64,000 bases of DNA from assembly GCF_018977255.1 (NCBI RefSeq), contig NW_024704758.1:11532001-11596000 (forward strand). The letters are read 5' to 3'. Position 1 is the stretch's first letter. The number at the start of each line of letters is the position of its first letter. Both the position numbers and the translations under genes were made by a program. Under the pieces are notes generated by a model. The model searched no databases, had not been told where the DNA came from, and worked only from the letters and a program-made list of their open reading frames with translations. Positions 27,166 to 39,040 of the stretch are shown here, in pieces. Source of the stretch: Callorhinchus milii (Eukaryota).

Positions 27166-27274
27166 AATAATAATCCTTGCATTTGATATAGCGACTTATA
27201 ACGTAGTTGGGATGTCTCAAAGTGCTTCACAGAATATACTGTAAAGCGAATTGACTGTATATTTTATGGGCAAA
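27166..27274 (-). mobile_element. SINE family A, 3' fragment
   Basis: Reverse complement tail ending at ATGGGCAAA. Confidence 0.85.
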
Positions 27275-28227
27275 TTGTTAAAGATATCTGCAGGGTATGT
27301 GTGTTTTATACATATTCCTACATGCATTGTATCATGCAGTTCACGTCATATGCTTTATTGGCCTGTTTATTGGGTATTTCATATTTTTTCATCTCAGTAC
27401 CACATGCTTTGTGCATGTTTAATGTTCATCAGATATTGGCATAACTGGGATGTGAGACTTTAAGGAAAAGAAACAACAATCTGGTTGGTCTTGTGTACTC
27501 CGCACATCAATGTTTAATGGATGTTGTGTTACATGAGGTCAGGGGAGTGTCACCACAGGAATCCTACAACAGCGAGCCTGTTTAAAATTAAATAAGTAAT
27601 GAAGAATTACAATTAGCACAAACCTCGTTTGCTTGGTTGTAGTTTTCCCGTTCACTTTGAATATTTTATTTAAATTGCGAGCACTGATGATATAAGGATA
27701 CTGCTTGAAGGACTTATTAAACCTGCCTGAATGTGGGAGTTGAATTAATATTAGTACACATCCAGTCATTAACCAAACAGTGCTTCGGCATTAACTTAGT
27801 GTGTAAATTCAGCTCCCTTATAGTTTCAGACTGTCTAACCCTTCCGAGACAGTACGCAATGATGCGAAGCCCAATTCCTTAAATTAAAAAAAATACAAAG
27901 TTTTAACATTCACCATTGTTACATTTTTGAAAGGAGTCTCGAACAGTGAGATAATCAATCATTTTACATTGAGAAGCTGGATACAGTATAAGGGCTCAGC
28001 CCTACAGTCCACCAAATTTGACGACTGTGGAAGCGCAAGAACTCAGGTCACTAGTTCTGTTTTTTATATCTTTATATTAAGTCTTAAAAATAATCCGCTC
28101 AATACTCCTAAAGCTATCCTGTAAGTACATGTGAAAGGGCATTTCACATAACCTATTTAGGAACATTTAAGTGTTCTCTCTGATTGGTGGTAATCCTCAG
28201 TAGGAATAGTCGCCGATAACATACAAT

Positions 28228-28290
28228 ACAAAAAAAAATGACATTTGTATAGCGCCTTTCACGTCGGGAGGACGTCTTCCCGACGTGAAA
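28228..28290 (-). mobile_element. L2-type tail fragment with fold-back palindrome
   Basis: ACATTTGTATAGCGCCTTTCACGTCGGGAGGACGTC followed by its own inverse. Confidence 0.75.
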
Positions 28291-29014
28291 TCCACACGCC
28301 TTCACACATGCATACACTCGTGAGGAAAACCATTGCTCGGAAGTTGCTTGTCTTTACGTGTGAAATGAGTTTGCCTTTGCATCTCTCAAAGATGGGAAAA
28401 TGATTTTAACGATTCCAATTGTTCCCAAGCATTTAAGTGTGAAATAAAAAAAATCGGAAGCTGAAAAAAGATATTGAGGTGTAACTCTGCCAGGGGCTTC
28501 CCTAGAAGAAGAGAGCCTGCAGGTCGATTCATTCCCTCATACACTTACACATATGTCCTTGTGGGTTGTTCTGAGAAGTATTTATAGCGATGGCCTGCCT
28601 GCTCTGACAGCTCGAGTGAGTGAGAGATCAGAGGTGATCGGGTCAGCGAAACCAAGGGAAGTCTGTATTTAAATTTTTTTTAAAAAAGTGTTGCAATTAT
28701 TTTATTTAACAGAAGAATAGTTTAACTATCATTTAAACCCTGTCAAGGTGGTGAGTGAATACGACTCCTTCATCACTCTTGGCAGAAAGTATAACTTGTT
28801 CAATAATGTAGAATTATTTCAATCTCATAAAGGAAAATTGTAGAAAATGGAGTTCCATTCACATCCTGTAAAAGTCAAAGACGCAGCTAACAGACCTACA
28901 TCATCAAATGGCACATTCAATGTTGAAATTAATATTTAATCTGTTCCATTATTTTAAACAATAGGATAGACTGCCCTGAGGTAGGAAAGGGAGGCAAAGG
29001 ATGAGACAAACTTG

Positions 29015-29142
29015 CAAGAGCAAAATTTCTCTTGCTGCTCAGTGTAATTTCACAATGTAAACCTGTAATTGGAAACTCCACTTCATAAGCACACTTTGTC
29101 ACAAGGCCACTGCACTTAGTAGCAAGAGAAATATCATTCTTG
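29015..29142. mobile_element. MITE-like inverted repeat element
   Basis: 32-bp arms CAAGAGCAAAATTTCTCTTGCTGCTCAGTGTA / TGCACTTAGTAGCAAGAGAAATATCATTCTTG, 25 of 32 complementary. Confidence 0.55.
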
Positions 29143-29450
29143 AGCCTTTTCATAACAAGTCACAGGGAGAAACTCTCACCGTTGCTCTTCAGTTCCAAAC
29201 TTCAAAATGTTCTACTTTTGGTTCATGTGGTCCGATTGTTACAGTCAGGGATCCTTCCTATCGATGACTTATTGAGGGAGTTGACGGTTTTGGATTGGCT
29301 GAAGCTTCCTCCATCTATCTACCTCCCACAATGGTATCAGGGCTGCTGACATGTAGGGTGAACAAATTGAATGCCGTTTGCATTTTTTGGAGAAAAGGGT
29401 CATTAATACACACACAACTTATAAGAACAATAGCTTACATTAATAATAGG

Positions 29451-29554
29451 AATAATAATCCCCACATTTGATATTGTGCCTTTCACATCGGGAGGACGTC
29501 ACAAAGCGGTTCAAAGATTTACTGTAAAGTGTAGTGACTATGTATTTTGTAGAC
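29451..29554 (-). mobile_element. SINE family A, decayed 3' fragment
   Basis: AATAATAATCCCCACATTTGATATTGTGCCTTTCACATCGGGAGGACGTC. Confidence 0.7.
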
Positions 29555-30914
29555 ATATTTTAGTGCGTTTTTCGTGTGCTTTTGGACTCATTCATAATAT
29601 TGCAGAACAGTCTCTTTAAAGTGCCAGAGTTTGGAATGGAGTTGGGGGAGTGGCCCCGGGACTCCTAAAAGCAGCTCCGACAGGTACTTTCAGGATTGTA
29701 TCTTCAACGAAGATTGTCTAAAGTCCTGTGTACAATGCACATTAGGCTTCTGAAATTGTAGTAACATACAGTTTAAACTCAGCACATGATTCTAGCTATA
29801 AGAGCCAATTATATTTACAATGCACTGTGTGGGTGTGTGTGGGGGTGTGTGTATGGGGGGAGGGGGGGGGTCTAGTTACACGTGTATTTTAGCATTCCCC
29901 TTGTGAATCAGCTGAGTACCCATCCATTCTGTTTGTGACCCTTTGCCTTCAGAGACAGCTGACTGAGCTACAGAAACAATATCACATACCCACCATGACT
30001 GACATTGTGGCATGAAAATAAACCATCTCTCATACATTTGAATTAAAATGTGGATTAAGATGGAATGCATGCTGTAGTTCTGGAGGAATTGTACTCTCTC
30101 TCCCTCCGAACAGACTACTTTAAAAGCCAACACAATGGGAAAAGTAAGCAAGCTGCTCTTGCCTTTTAAGATGTATGAACGATTTAAGTTTAACAGTCAT
30201 CAACAAAGTAAAAGTGGCTGTCAAACTCTATATGTCTTGTCCTATCACTGTTCATAGCTTGTCTTTTTAAAAAAAAAGTTTAAAAAGTTCTGACTAAAGA
30301 ACGTTCATTGCAATTCTTGAGTCAAAAGATTAGTGAAGTTCCAGATGACATTCTTTACAGGAATGCACCACAAACCAAAACGTGCCTTATATGGGCTATG
30401 TATTTTAAGCCATCCAAGTTAATAGACCAGCTTTTGTGCAACAGTAATGTGCTAACACCACAATCTAAACATGCAGCTATTCCTAACTTTCTTTTGCAAA
30501 GAATCATCATCTAAAGACAGAAACCTGTATTTCTATCATGGCCTATGATGTTGAAATTTCTCAAAGCTCTTCAAAGTACAGAAGAACTCCATTACAAAAC
30601 ACTGTTTCAACAACAACAACAAAATTACATTTATATAGCGTCTTTCAATAAATATCAACCAAATGCAAAACCCAAATGGCATATTGTGTGTGGATAGGCA
30701 GTGATCTGACAACCTGGAACCAGCTGGTCCATACACTCAAATCAACCATGCGTTCACGTGGAAACCAACCTTAGAAGCAAACCAGCCTTATAAGAGGTTC
30801 CTTATTACATGATTTGACTGTAATTACTGTAATAGGCAAATGCCCTACAAATCTTGCCCACATTCCAAAATAGGTTGTTAATGGGAATGTCAGGGGGACA
30901 AATTTCCTTTTTTC

Positions 30915-31086
30915 AAAAATCTATAATGTCCACCTGAATGTCTCATCCAAAAGATGGTCCCTTGACATTGTAACACTCTCCCTGGCTATCCTGGAGTGTC
31001 AGCCAAGACTCTAAGCTCAAGTCCCAGAGATTGAATCCACAACCTGTTGACGTGGAACTGAGAGCGCTACCAACTGAGCCAGGCTG
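30915..31086 (-). mobile_element. Deu-domain SINE (family C), 5' half
   Basis: GAGAGCGCTACCAACTGAGCCAGGCTG is the reverse complement of the 26229 head; GTCTCATCC and GGAGTGTCAGCC internal motifs. Confidence 0.75.
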
Positions 31087-31639
31087 GGAGTAAGTCAGAA
31101 CATGCAAGTCATGTTTTTCTCATTTCGTAGCCAAAAGCAGCCAATGAATCATTTGTTGATTACTTTCAGCATTTTCTAAGAAAACCTCCTGTTAGTTCCT
31201 AGCAGCCAAGGTATAAATAGAAAGAAAATGGTTAATTTATTTTGCGTGTTTTAACATGAACAACAGCATGAAGAATTCTCGTGGTAAGTGGATGAGTTAT
31301 TGTTAATCATCCAGTCTCATAGTAGCTTGGTTTAAGGGAGGTCACTAAATCTTTCCTGATATTAAATGGTTTCATTCCACAGCAAGGAGTGCTAAGCTTC
31401 TCAGATTAATAATTGTATTTAACCTGGGAATGTTTTCTCTGAAGTTCAGTGAAATTGTTTTGCAATGTTAAAGACTTCTGATGGCTATTAATATATGGAA
31501 TTTATTATTTTATTTAGAATTCGCCTCCCAAGTTTCTTTTTTTACCTGCTGCAGGAACGTGGCTACTCTCTAGTTTGATGAAATGTGCAAGTGCACAATA
31601 ATTTGCTGTGTTAACTTACAGGTATTCTTTCATTGTTCC

Positions 31640-31965
31640 TTTTCCATCAATTTTCTCTGCCTCTGAATATGCTGGCTCTTACTGAGATGTAGTTTAATTG
31701 CCACTGGCAGCCTTTGGATACCTCACCCAAGTGAACAATCTTTGTGTGTTACCCTGACCGTGAGCTATTTTATCACATTGGAACGGATGAGTCGAAAGAG
31801 CCTTGCTTATTGCTTTCCTCATTTGACCTCCACAAACAAGTACGTCTCCAGCAAAGAGTTTCTGGGGAGCAATTAGTATATAGCTGTTGTCCCTTTCCTA
31901 ACCTGAGATTTTGTGGCCAATAGTGGCACATGCAGTGCACTCTGTCAGCTCAAATCAGCGGTCAA
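31640..31965 (-). mobile_element. Old SINE-like repeat, family B
   Basis: CAATTTTCTC...GCTGGCTCTT...TACCTCACCCAAGTG...GTGGCCAATAGTGGCAC: decayed reverse complement of the 32090 copy. Confidence 0.55.
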
Positions 31966-32089
31966 CACAGGGCATACTTTATAATTTTGTAATGAATATT
32001 TCTTGGGTTTATTGACATTTTCAGTGCCCAGTATTCTGAGTTTAACTTGAAAACAAATGAAAATAAAAATAACTGGAGTTCTCATTTAA

Positions 32090-32360
32090 AAGTGCTACAA
32101 CTGGCCTCGACACCGCTGGCATAAGAAGGGGGAAAATTACTGGTCCCTTTTCGAGTGAACCCTGCTGGTAAGTGCACTGATGTGATCGTTGGATTAGGCT
32201 CCTCTGTGATGCTCTCCACAGTCGAAATGCCTGCTGACGCTCACTCACTGGGCTCTCACGCAAAGACTGGCCACTTGGATCAGGTATTGGAAAGATGCCG
32301 TGCCTGTGGAACTGCTTCTCAATAAGAGTCAGGAGACGAGTGGGGAAAATTAGCAAAATG
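32090..32360 (+). mobile_element. Old SINE-like repeat, family B
   Basis: GCTACAACTGGCCTC...CCCTGCTGG...CTGTGATGCTCTCCACAGTCGAA...TGGCCACTTGG...GGGGAAAATTAGC. Confidence 0.65.
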
Positions 32361-32529
32361 AGGGGAAAAAACTCCAGTAAAACAAACAATTGCTGATGTG
32401 CAATTGTGTAAGGAGAGGAAGGAGGGAGAGGGTTGTTATTAGGGGTGACATTCTTAACCACAAATGCTATTGAATTCTGATCTGCAAAATCATTCAACCA
32501 GGAATTCAGATAATCACCTCAGAAGTAAA

Positions 32530-32656
32530 ACAGAGATATGGGAAAGAGCAAGAAGGTGACATTAACAATAAAGGATGATAATACAGGTAGCAGTGACAGA
32601 GATACAATCGGCTGAATGACCTTCCTCTACGCTGCTGAACATTTCCAGTTCTATTC
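32530..32656 (+). mobile_element. CR1-type 3' end remnant
   Basis: GATATGGGAAAGAGCA...GGCTGAATGACCTTCCTC...TTCTATT resembles CR1 3' UTRs; similar remnants near 52430 and 57650. Confidence 0.45.
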
Positions 32657-33569
32657 GTTATACTGTATATGGGTTAGCCACCCAGGCCCTTATTGAGGTA
32701 AGATTGCCGTCCTCTGTATTAGAGGTTACCATCTAATTACTCAGACTGAAAAGTTAAACACGTTGATTGACTAAGTAATTGTTCTGAAGGAGTGATGTGC
32801 TGCCTGCCGTCCAGTGGAATTAGGAGCCTAATGTTACTGAACCAATATACAGAGGTCACATACATAAGACAATTGTTTTCTGATGTGCTCACATAAACAC
32901 ATTGTCCAGGCCCTAGAACTAATAAGTATCTGTAATCCAAATAGATCCCACAAAATTTGTGGTGGAATTTCATAAGTGCACTGGAGGAATTTGCGAGGCA
33001 TATTTCGTGACCTCACGCTGCATAGAATCTGTTCCTGCGGGAGGTACAAGACTTGGATACATTGCACTGAGATCCAATTACACTTGATGGAATGCTTTAT
33101 TTGTGCTATTATAGAGTAGAGCAGGGTATCCAAAGCTAAGGGTGCTGCTTACAAAGCAAGACATAGCAGCTTGGTTGTGGGTGTATGGGCAAGATGACCA
33201 AATGATTTTAAAATGAGGGTGCAGGAGTTTACTTATGAGCTGCGAGATTGTTATTTGAGATGACGGTGAATAGAGACGTAATGCGCATATGAATTTGGAT
33301 GAAAGTTCCATTGGAAATAAACTTCATTAGAAAGTTGGGCTGAATAGCTATGAATATTATCGGGTTCCGTATTTGCTGTTAGCATCATGCCTTTAAAAAC
33401 AATAATCCTTGAATTTTTTTATGGCACCTTGTCACGTCATTGAAATGTTTCATTACTTCATGGAATTTACTGCAAAGTGTAGTGACACTACTGTGCACTT
33501 GTAGATGAATGCAGCTGCCAATTTGTGATTAGCAACGTCTCACGTCTCAAGTGAATAATCATCTGGAGG

Positions 33570-33624
33570 ACAGTTAGCCAGGAAACTGGGAGAAAGACAA
33601 CCTCCCGGTTTCCTGGCCAACTGT
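33570..33624. other. 23-bp-stem hairpin
   Basis: ACAGTTAGCCAGGAAACTGGGAG, 9-nt loop, CTCCCGGTTTCCTGGCCAACTGT; 21 Watson-Crick pairs, one G.T pair and one mismatch. Confidence 0.85.
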
Positions 33625-33771
33625 ATAACAGCAAATACAGAACCACATACCATAGTAATGCTATAACTGGTTAAGCTATTACCCCCAGTGCTGAACAATC
33701 TGCCACTTATACTAGTGCTTAACATTTGTTGCTGTACCATCATAGTAGACGTACGGTCATACACATATCTT

Positions 33772-34005
33772 CAACAATAACTTGCATTTATATAGCACCC
33801 CGCGTGCATTTATGAGAGCTTGAGAGCACGGCCACCAATGGTGGAACGGAGGGCACGGGGGACATGCAGAAGGCTGGAGCCAGTCGAGTGGAGGCAGCGG
33901 GTTGTGGGTTGGGGGATGCCAGGGAGTGAAGGGATTTGAAAATGAGTGCGAGGATCTTGAAATCGACCCGTTCGGTGATGAGGAGCCAGTGGAGCTTGAC
34001 TTCAC
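33772..34005 (-). mobile_element. L2 LINE 3' fragment, internally deleted
   Basis: CAACAATAACTTGCATTTATATAGCACC tail; minus strand reads LHWLLITERVDFKILALIFKSLHSLA, the typical L2 ORF2 C-terminal motif. Confidence 0.8.
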
Positions 34006-34608
34006 GCTCAGTGCTGCACTTGTGTTGCAGGACAATGGTAATTTTCATTGAGGCGACAGAAATCTTTCAAACACTTTCAGTTATTCTGGGCAGTTTAAAA
34101 ATGACGCCTGGTATTGAGACAACAAAGTATACACAAGAAGCCAGAAACACGAAGATGTGACTCCCTGTTTAGCAGAATCACAATTGAATTTTCACTCTTG
34201 GATTATCCGGCTTGCAAGGTAAAAATTCCTAAGGTCATAAAACATTTACATTTATAATGAGCTGCAAAATTTCAGATGGGATGCTTGGTTTGTTCTTTCC
34301 CAAAATAACCACAGCATTAAATATTGAAAGTGACTTGAGAGTCATCCAGATTTACGAGGATCTTAATCGAAATTTAGAAGAAAACAAGTGAAGCTGAATT
34401 TAAAATAAATTGCTGACATTTGTTAAAGCCAAATGCACATTCACCTGCTAGGAGTTCAAGTGCGTCTGTCTCTCAAAATATCTCCTACCTGCATGCTCTA
34501 ATATTCTATTTATTGAGATTTGAAGTCAATCATGGTCAATGTGATTTGTGTGACTTCCATTTTCGGAAACAAACTTGATGCTGTGGGCAAGGGTTAGCAC
34601 ATACTATA

Positions 34609-34948
34609 TGGAGTACTTCAGCTGAGTAAACAAGAGGACCTGGGTTCGATTCCCAGCAGGGCAAAACGTTGGGCAAGTTTCCTTAACTCCACGTGTCTCT
34701 TTTTACCTAGCGCTAACTAGGAACCCAGTTGTAAGTCGATTGGCGGATCGCTTTTCTGGGGTAATACTTCCTTTTAAAAAAATAATAAATTAGTCACTCA
34801 ATCCATGATTGTTTGTGGGACACTGCTGTGCACGATTGGCTGCCGTGTTTCGCCCACAAAATATACAGTCAGTTCACACTATTTTCTGTGAAGTGCTTTG
34901 AGATGTTTCAAAGACGTGATATCAAATGCAAGGATTATTAGTATTATA
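34609..34948 (+). mobile_element. SINE family A, long subfamily, partly deleted head
   Basis: B box GGTTCGATTCC, central segment present, tail with TTA repeats. Confidence 0.85.
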
Positions 34949-36065
34949 ATGCATAAGTAAGGCGTGCAGCACAAGCCTCCGAAAATGTAAACCTGCTATA
35001 TACTGTTCGAAAAGCCTTCAACATTTTTATTGAGCTGAATTGAATGAACAGATTATCCCTTGACTTTAGGTTAATGGGATGCACGTCTTCTCCTTGTCAA
35101 TGGTGAAGGTGCTCTGGGAAAAAGTTATGTTGTATTAGCACAGTTTCTTGTGAACACAGTTCCCATAGTGTAGCTGACAAATTAATCAATCTCACCAGAA
35201 CTGACCGTAAAAAAAGAAAATTACATAAAAATACTAAATGGAAAGGAGGAAAAAAGGATATTAAAGTTAAACGAGAGTTGCTTCAATTCAGATGAACAAT
35301 CCTGGCATCAAGTCAGTTTCTCTATACAAACCATGCACGTTTGCAATGTCACAGCTTACCCCAGGACATTGTTAGCTGAAGTCCACTTTTAAACTGAGAC
35401 CTCACTAACCAGGGGTACTGGGGAATGAACCAGGCTGCTCAAATGTGTGGCTTGCCTGTTGGTACCTACGTGGAATAACTTCAAACCTTTTGAGCTCCCA
35501 GCAATGGTCAGGCTAATATCTGACCTTGTTACAAGCTGTTTCTGGCACATCTGTTGCCATTACCTAATATGCAAAAACATCCAGCTCAGATTCTAGTGCT
35601 TAAATATGCTATTTTAAATGTGTATATTTTAATATATATAGATATATATTTTAATTTCAATCTAAAGAGAATATTAACCTGCTTACTTAACGCAAGTTAG
35701 AGATCCACTGGTTAAATAGTAGTAACTGTCTGAGTAAAAATACTTGCAACTGAAGACAGATGGCAGAGATAGCCATGAGGTTTCTCTGTGTATTTACAAT
35801 ATTCGATGTTTGCAGAAAACTCACAGACCTGTTATGTAACTATTGACTCCTGTAAGTAAAGTCATCCGAATCCTCAAGATTAAATTACAGCTTTCTGCAT
35901 AACCTGGTAGAAGACTACCAAATGTGCGTGACTGTAGTAACTGATACTGGACTGCTGCTTTTGAAAGGGTCGGAGTGAGCCCACTTCTCTACACTCGATG
36001 AGTTTCGGTAGAAAGTCCAAGTTGAAGGGCCTGCATCAAGATTCTGGCTTGTAAATTCACAATGG

Positions 36066-36385
36066 TGGAGTCCTGTAGCTCAGTGGTTAGAGCACTCGCT
36101 TTGCAAGTGAGAGACCGGAGTTCAATTCCAGGCAGGGCGAAACCTTGGGCAAGTTTCCTTACTCCACACGCCTAATAATAATCCTCCAAAACCAAAAACA
36201 ATAATAAATTGGTCATTTACAATCTACGACTGTTTGTGGGACATTGCTGTGCGCAATTGGCTGCCGCGTTCGCCCACAAATATACAGTCAATTCACTTTA
36301 CAGTATGTTCTGTGAAGCGCTTTGGGACGTCCTCCCGACGTGAAAAGCGCTATATCAAATGCAAGGATTATTATTATTATTATTA
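36066..36385 (+). mobile_element. SINE family A, full length, young short subfamily (tRNA-Ala-like head)
   Basis: A box TAGCTCAGTGG, anticodon arm CTCGC-TTTGCAA-GTGAG, B box AGTTCAATTCC, CpG-retaining tail, (TTA)6. Confidence 0.95.
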
Positions 36386-37199
36386 ATGGTGGAAATCAGT
36401 TAAAAGACTTGGCTCAGCAGAAAGCACAGTCACATAGCATGCCTCTCGGGCTATCGATTTGCTTTGCAGTGCAATACATTGTCCCCAAAACATGCCTTGC
36501 TGTCGAAATTGTGGACACTGCAAATAGAGCAATATATTGTCATGCAAATCAAGCAAGACTCATTTAATTTCCTAATTGGAATCATGATATAATAAGGAAA
36601 AGAGAGGCAGAAAGTTGGAATACTTACAGTATTCACTTAGGGTCAGCCGTACTGATATAAATCATGCTGCTATATAGGTTTCTGGAAGGGAAGGGTGCAT
36701 GGGAGGGTTCCTGAATTCCTTAACCATATGTAATTTGTTTCCATGAAGGGCAGCAATTTTATTAAATCTGTCAACTACTGCTTATGAAACACAGCTTGAA
36801 TTTTTGTTTGTGCTCTCCGGTCGGTCTGAATGTAATTCTAAATGGGACATTAGCAAACGCCCTTTGAGACTAGAATATCCTTTTTGTGGCCAGTCACTAT
36901 TACCGAACCCATCCTGGAAAGTGTTCACGAACTGCGAGATTACTGGGGAAAACAGTCATGTTTAAACTGACGAGAGGAAAAGCAAACTGTGGATGGATTA
37001 TAAAAGTGCTACTTGTCAGAGTTACTGCCCACATTCTGAAATTATTTAATTGCTTTGTAACTAAGGGAGACTGCTAAACGGGCTAAATTCTGCGAGTACA
37101 ATAAAAATGTTAATGTTTTGAATCTATGTACTAGCGGAGAAAGAAAATCAAGGGCTGCTGTTACCCCGTCAAACAGCCTCATAAACAAGCATGACTATA

Positions 37200-37540
37200 A
37201 ACTCCAGTCCACAATTTGAGTATTTTGAACTCGCCATCGAGGCTGACATACTGATACAAAGCTGGAGGAGCTCTGCATTGTCGGATGTCCGTTTCTCAGA
37301 TGAGACGTTAAATCGCAGTCCCGTCTGCCTGTTCCGGTGGAAGTTAAAGATCCATAGCACATTTCGAAAAGAGCAGAGAGTATTTCGTTCCCGGTGTCCA
37401 GGCCAACAATCGCTCCAATTAAAAGTGATCATTCACTTCAGGGCAGCTTACTTGTGGGACAAGTTGTCTGCCGTGTATCACACACAGTCATTCCACTTCG
37501 CAGCAAACCTGTGAAGCAGATTGAGACGTCAATTGAGACG
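37200..37540 (+). mobile_element. Deu-domain SINE (family C)
   Basis: GCATTGTCGGATG...GATGAGACGTTAAATCG...GGTGGAAGTTAAAGATCC...TTCGAAAAGAGCAG...GGTGTCCAGGCCAAC. Confidence 0.8.
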
Positions 37541-38384
37541 CAAAAACGGAGGCCTGTTTTCTGTCAGTGCTTTTGTAGCATGGGTCTCTTTGCATTTCAG
37601 TTTACATAATCAGCTCAGCATTTCCTCCTCATTATTAATGCCAAGTTCATCCACGCTTCAATTTACTGTTTTGAATATAGTTCCTTCTGTTCCCTTCGGT
37701 CATTGTTTGCCGATGGTCATTGTTTGTCATGATCATGACCTAAATATTACCTCCAAAAAAAATCCTTTTGTTTCCTTAACTTATGTGTTAACTGCTTGAA
37801 TGAAAATGGAACAGGGTTGTGTACTGTCAGCCAATATCAATGAGGCCACATCCAGTGTTCTTGCTCTATCAGCCATTAATGACACAGGGTGGGCAGACTT
37901 TGTTTTTTTTAAAAAAAAGGCAGGTTTAAAAGCAACACTTTACAACTGTGACATGTAATCAGAAGAGAATAGCAAAATCTCCCTCAGGGCAAAATGTGTC
38001 ATACGTTGCAAGTGCAACTACGGTCTGCAGAGGAAATAGAGGGGAATGGTTTCAATATCGGTTAGCCAAAAATGGGATGAATCATGCAAACGCAATCATT
38101 TGTAAAACATTGGTCACTATCATGCTTCCTTTCAGTGTACGTAATTAAAGGCAATGACACACTGTGTTGTGTTTATGTATCATTCCCATTTGCTTAGGGA
38201 ATCATAAAATGTGCACATAACATTGCATATTAAATTATTGATCTATCCAACCCTTACAGCCACATAAATGGCTTAAAATGTGTACTTCCTGTCCATCTAG
38301 ACTACCAAGTATTTTAATTCTCATTTAAAATCCTACTCTGGGGTTCCCCCCTTTTGGCTTAGTTCACCCTCATAAAACACAGTC

Positions 38385-38470
38385 GCTCCACCACAGTAAA
38401 TGCTGTGAAGCGCTTTGAGACGTCCTCCTGGCGTGAAAGACCTAAGCAACTGTAATGATTATTATTATTA
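38385..38470 (+). mobile_element. SINE/L2-type tail fragment
   Basis: CTGTGAAGCGCTTTGAGACGTCCTCCTGGCGTGAAA...(TTA)n. Confidence 0.7.
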
Positions 38471-38504
38471 AAGGCCCTCCACCCTTGGCGTAATATTAGA
38501 GGTC

Positions 38505-38800
38505 AGAAAGTCACGGGTTCAATCCTCAGTCTGTACTGAAAATGCTGATCTCAGTTATAATTGGCCTCTCTGCCCCTGAGCCTCAGAAGGGAAAATCAGT
38601 CAGGTTCCAAGTCTGTATTGCTTGCCAATTAACGACCTCAGCTAGAAACTCCCTGCGTGTGGATAAGAGGGCTTGGCTTGTCTGTGATACACCTGATGCT
38701 TCACAAGGTTCATACAGGAAGCATGGCCACTGGGTCAGGTGCTCAAGGGCTGCTGGTTGCTGCAGAATTACGTTCCACAAAGAGCCAGTGCTTTCAAGAA
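38505..38800 (+). mobile_element. Old SINE-like repeat, family B, with B-box-like start
   Basis: GGGTTCAATCC...GCTGATCTCAG...AATTGGCCTC...GGGAAAATCAG...ATGGCCACTGGG...AAGAGCCAGTGC. Confidence 0.65.
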
Positions 38801-38864
38801 AGAAACTGGGTAAAACACTGTTTAATAACAGCTCTGTTTTATTCTTGAATGAATTCTCTTTTCC

Positions 38865-39040
38865 TGTCATTCACCCTATAATGTCAACATGTCTCAAAAT
38901 GCTTTACAGCCAGGGCACCTTCCCCAACACTGCACTGAACTATCAGTCGCCCTACACTATAGGAGTTCAAAGTCAGGACATTGAACTAGAACCAACAATC
39001 TTCTGACCCAGAGACTTGAATGCTACCGACTGATCCAACC
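38865..39040 (-). mobile_element. Deu-domain SINE (family C), 5' half, decayed
   Basis: ACAATCTTCTGACCCAGAG...GCTACCGACTGA is the reverse complement of the family C head. Confidence 0.55.

Noticed and set aside
36066-36140. tRNA-Ala(TGC) gene
   Set aside because: It has A/B boxes and an anticodon arm but continues directly into a SINE body and is repeated at 54967 and elsewhere; it is a SINE head
38542-39006. 154-aa ORF (also 32042-32497 and 62989-63495)
   Set aside because: They overlap decayed SINE-like repeats and have no recognisable domain or exon structure
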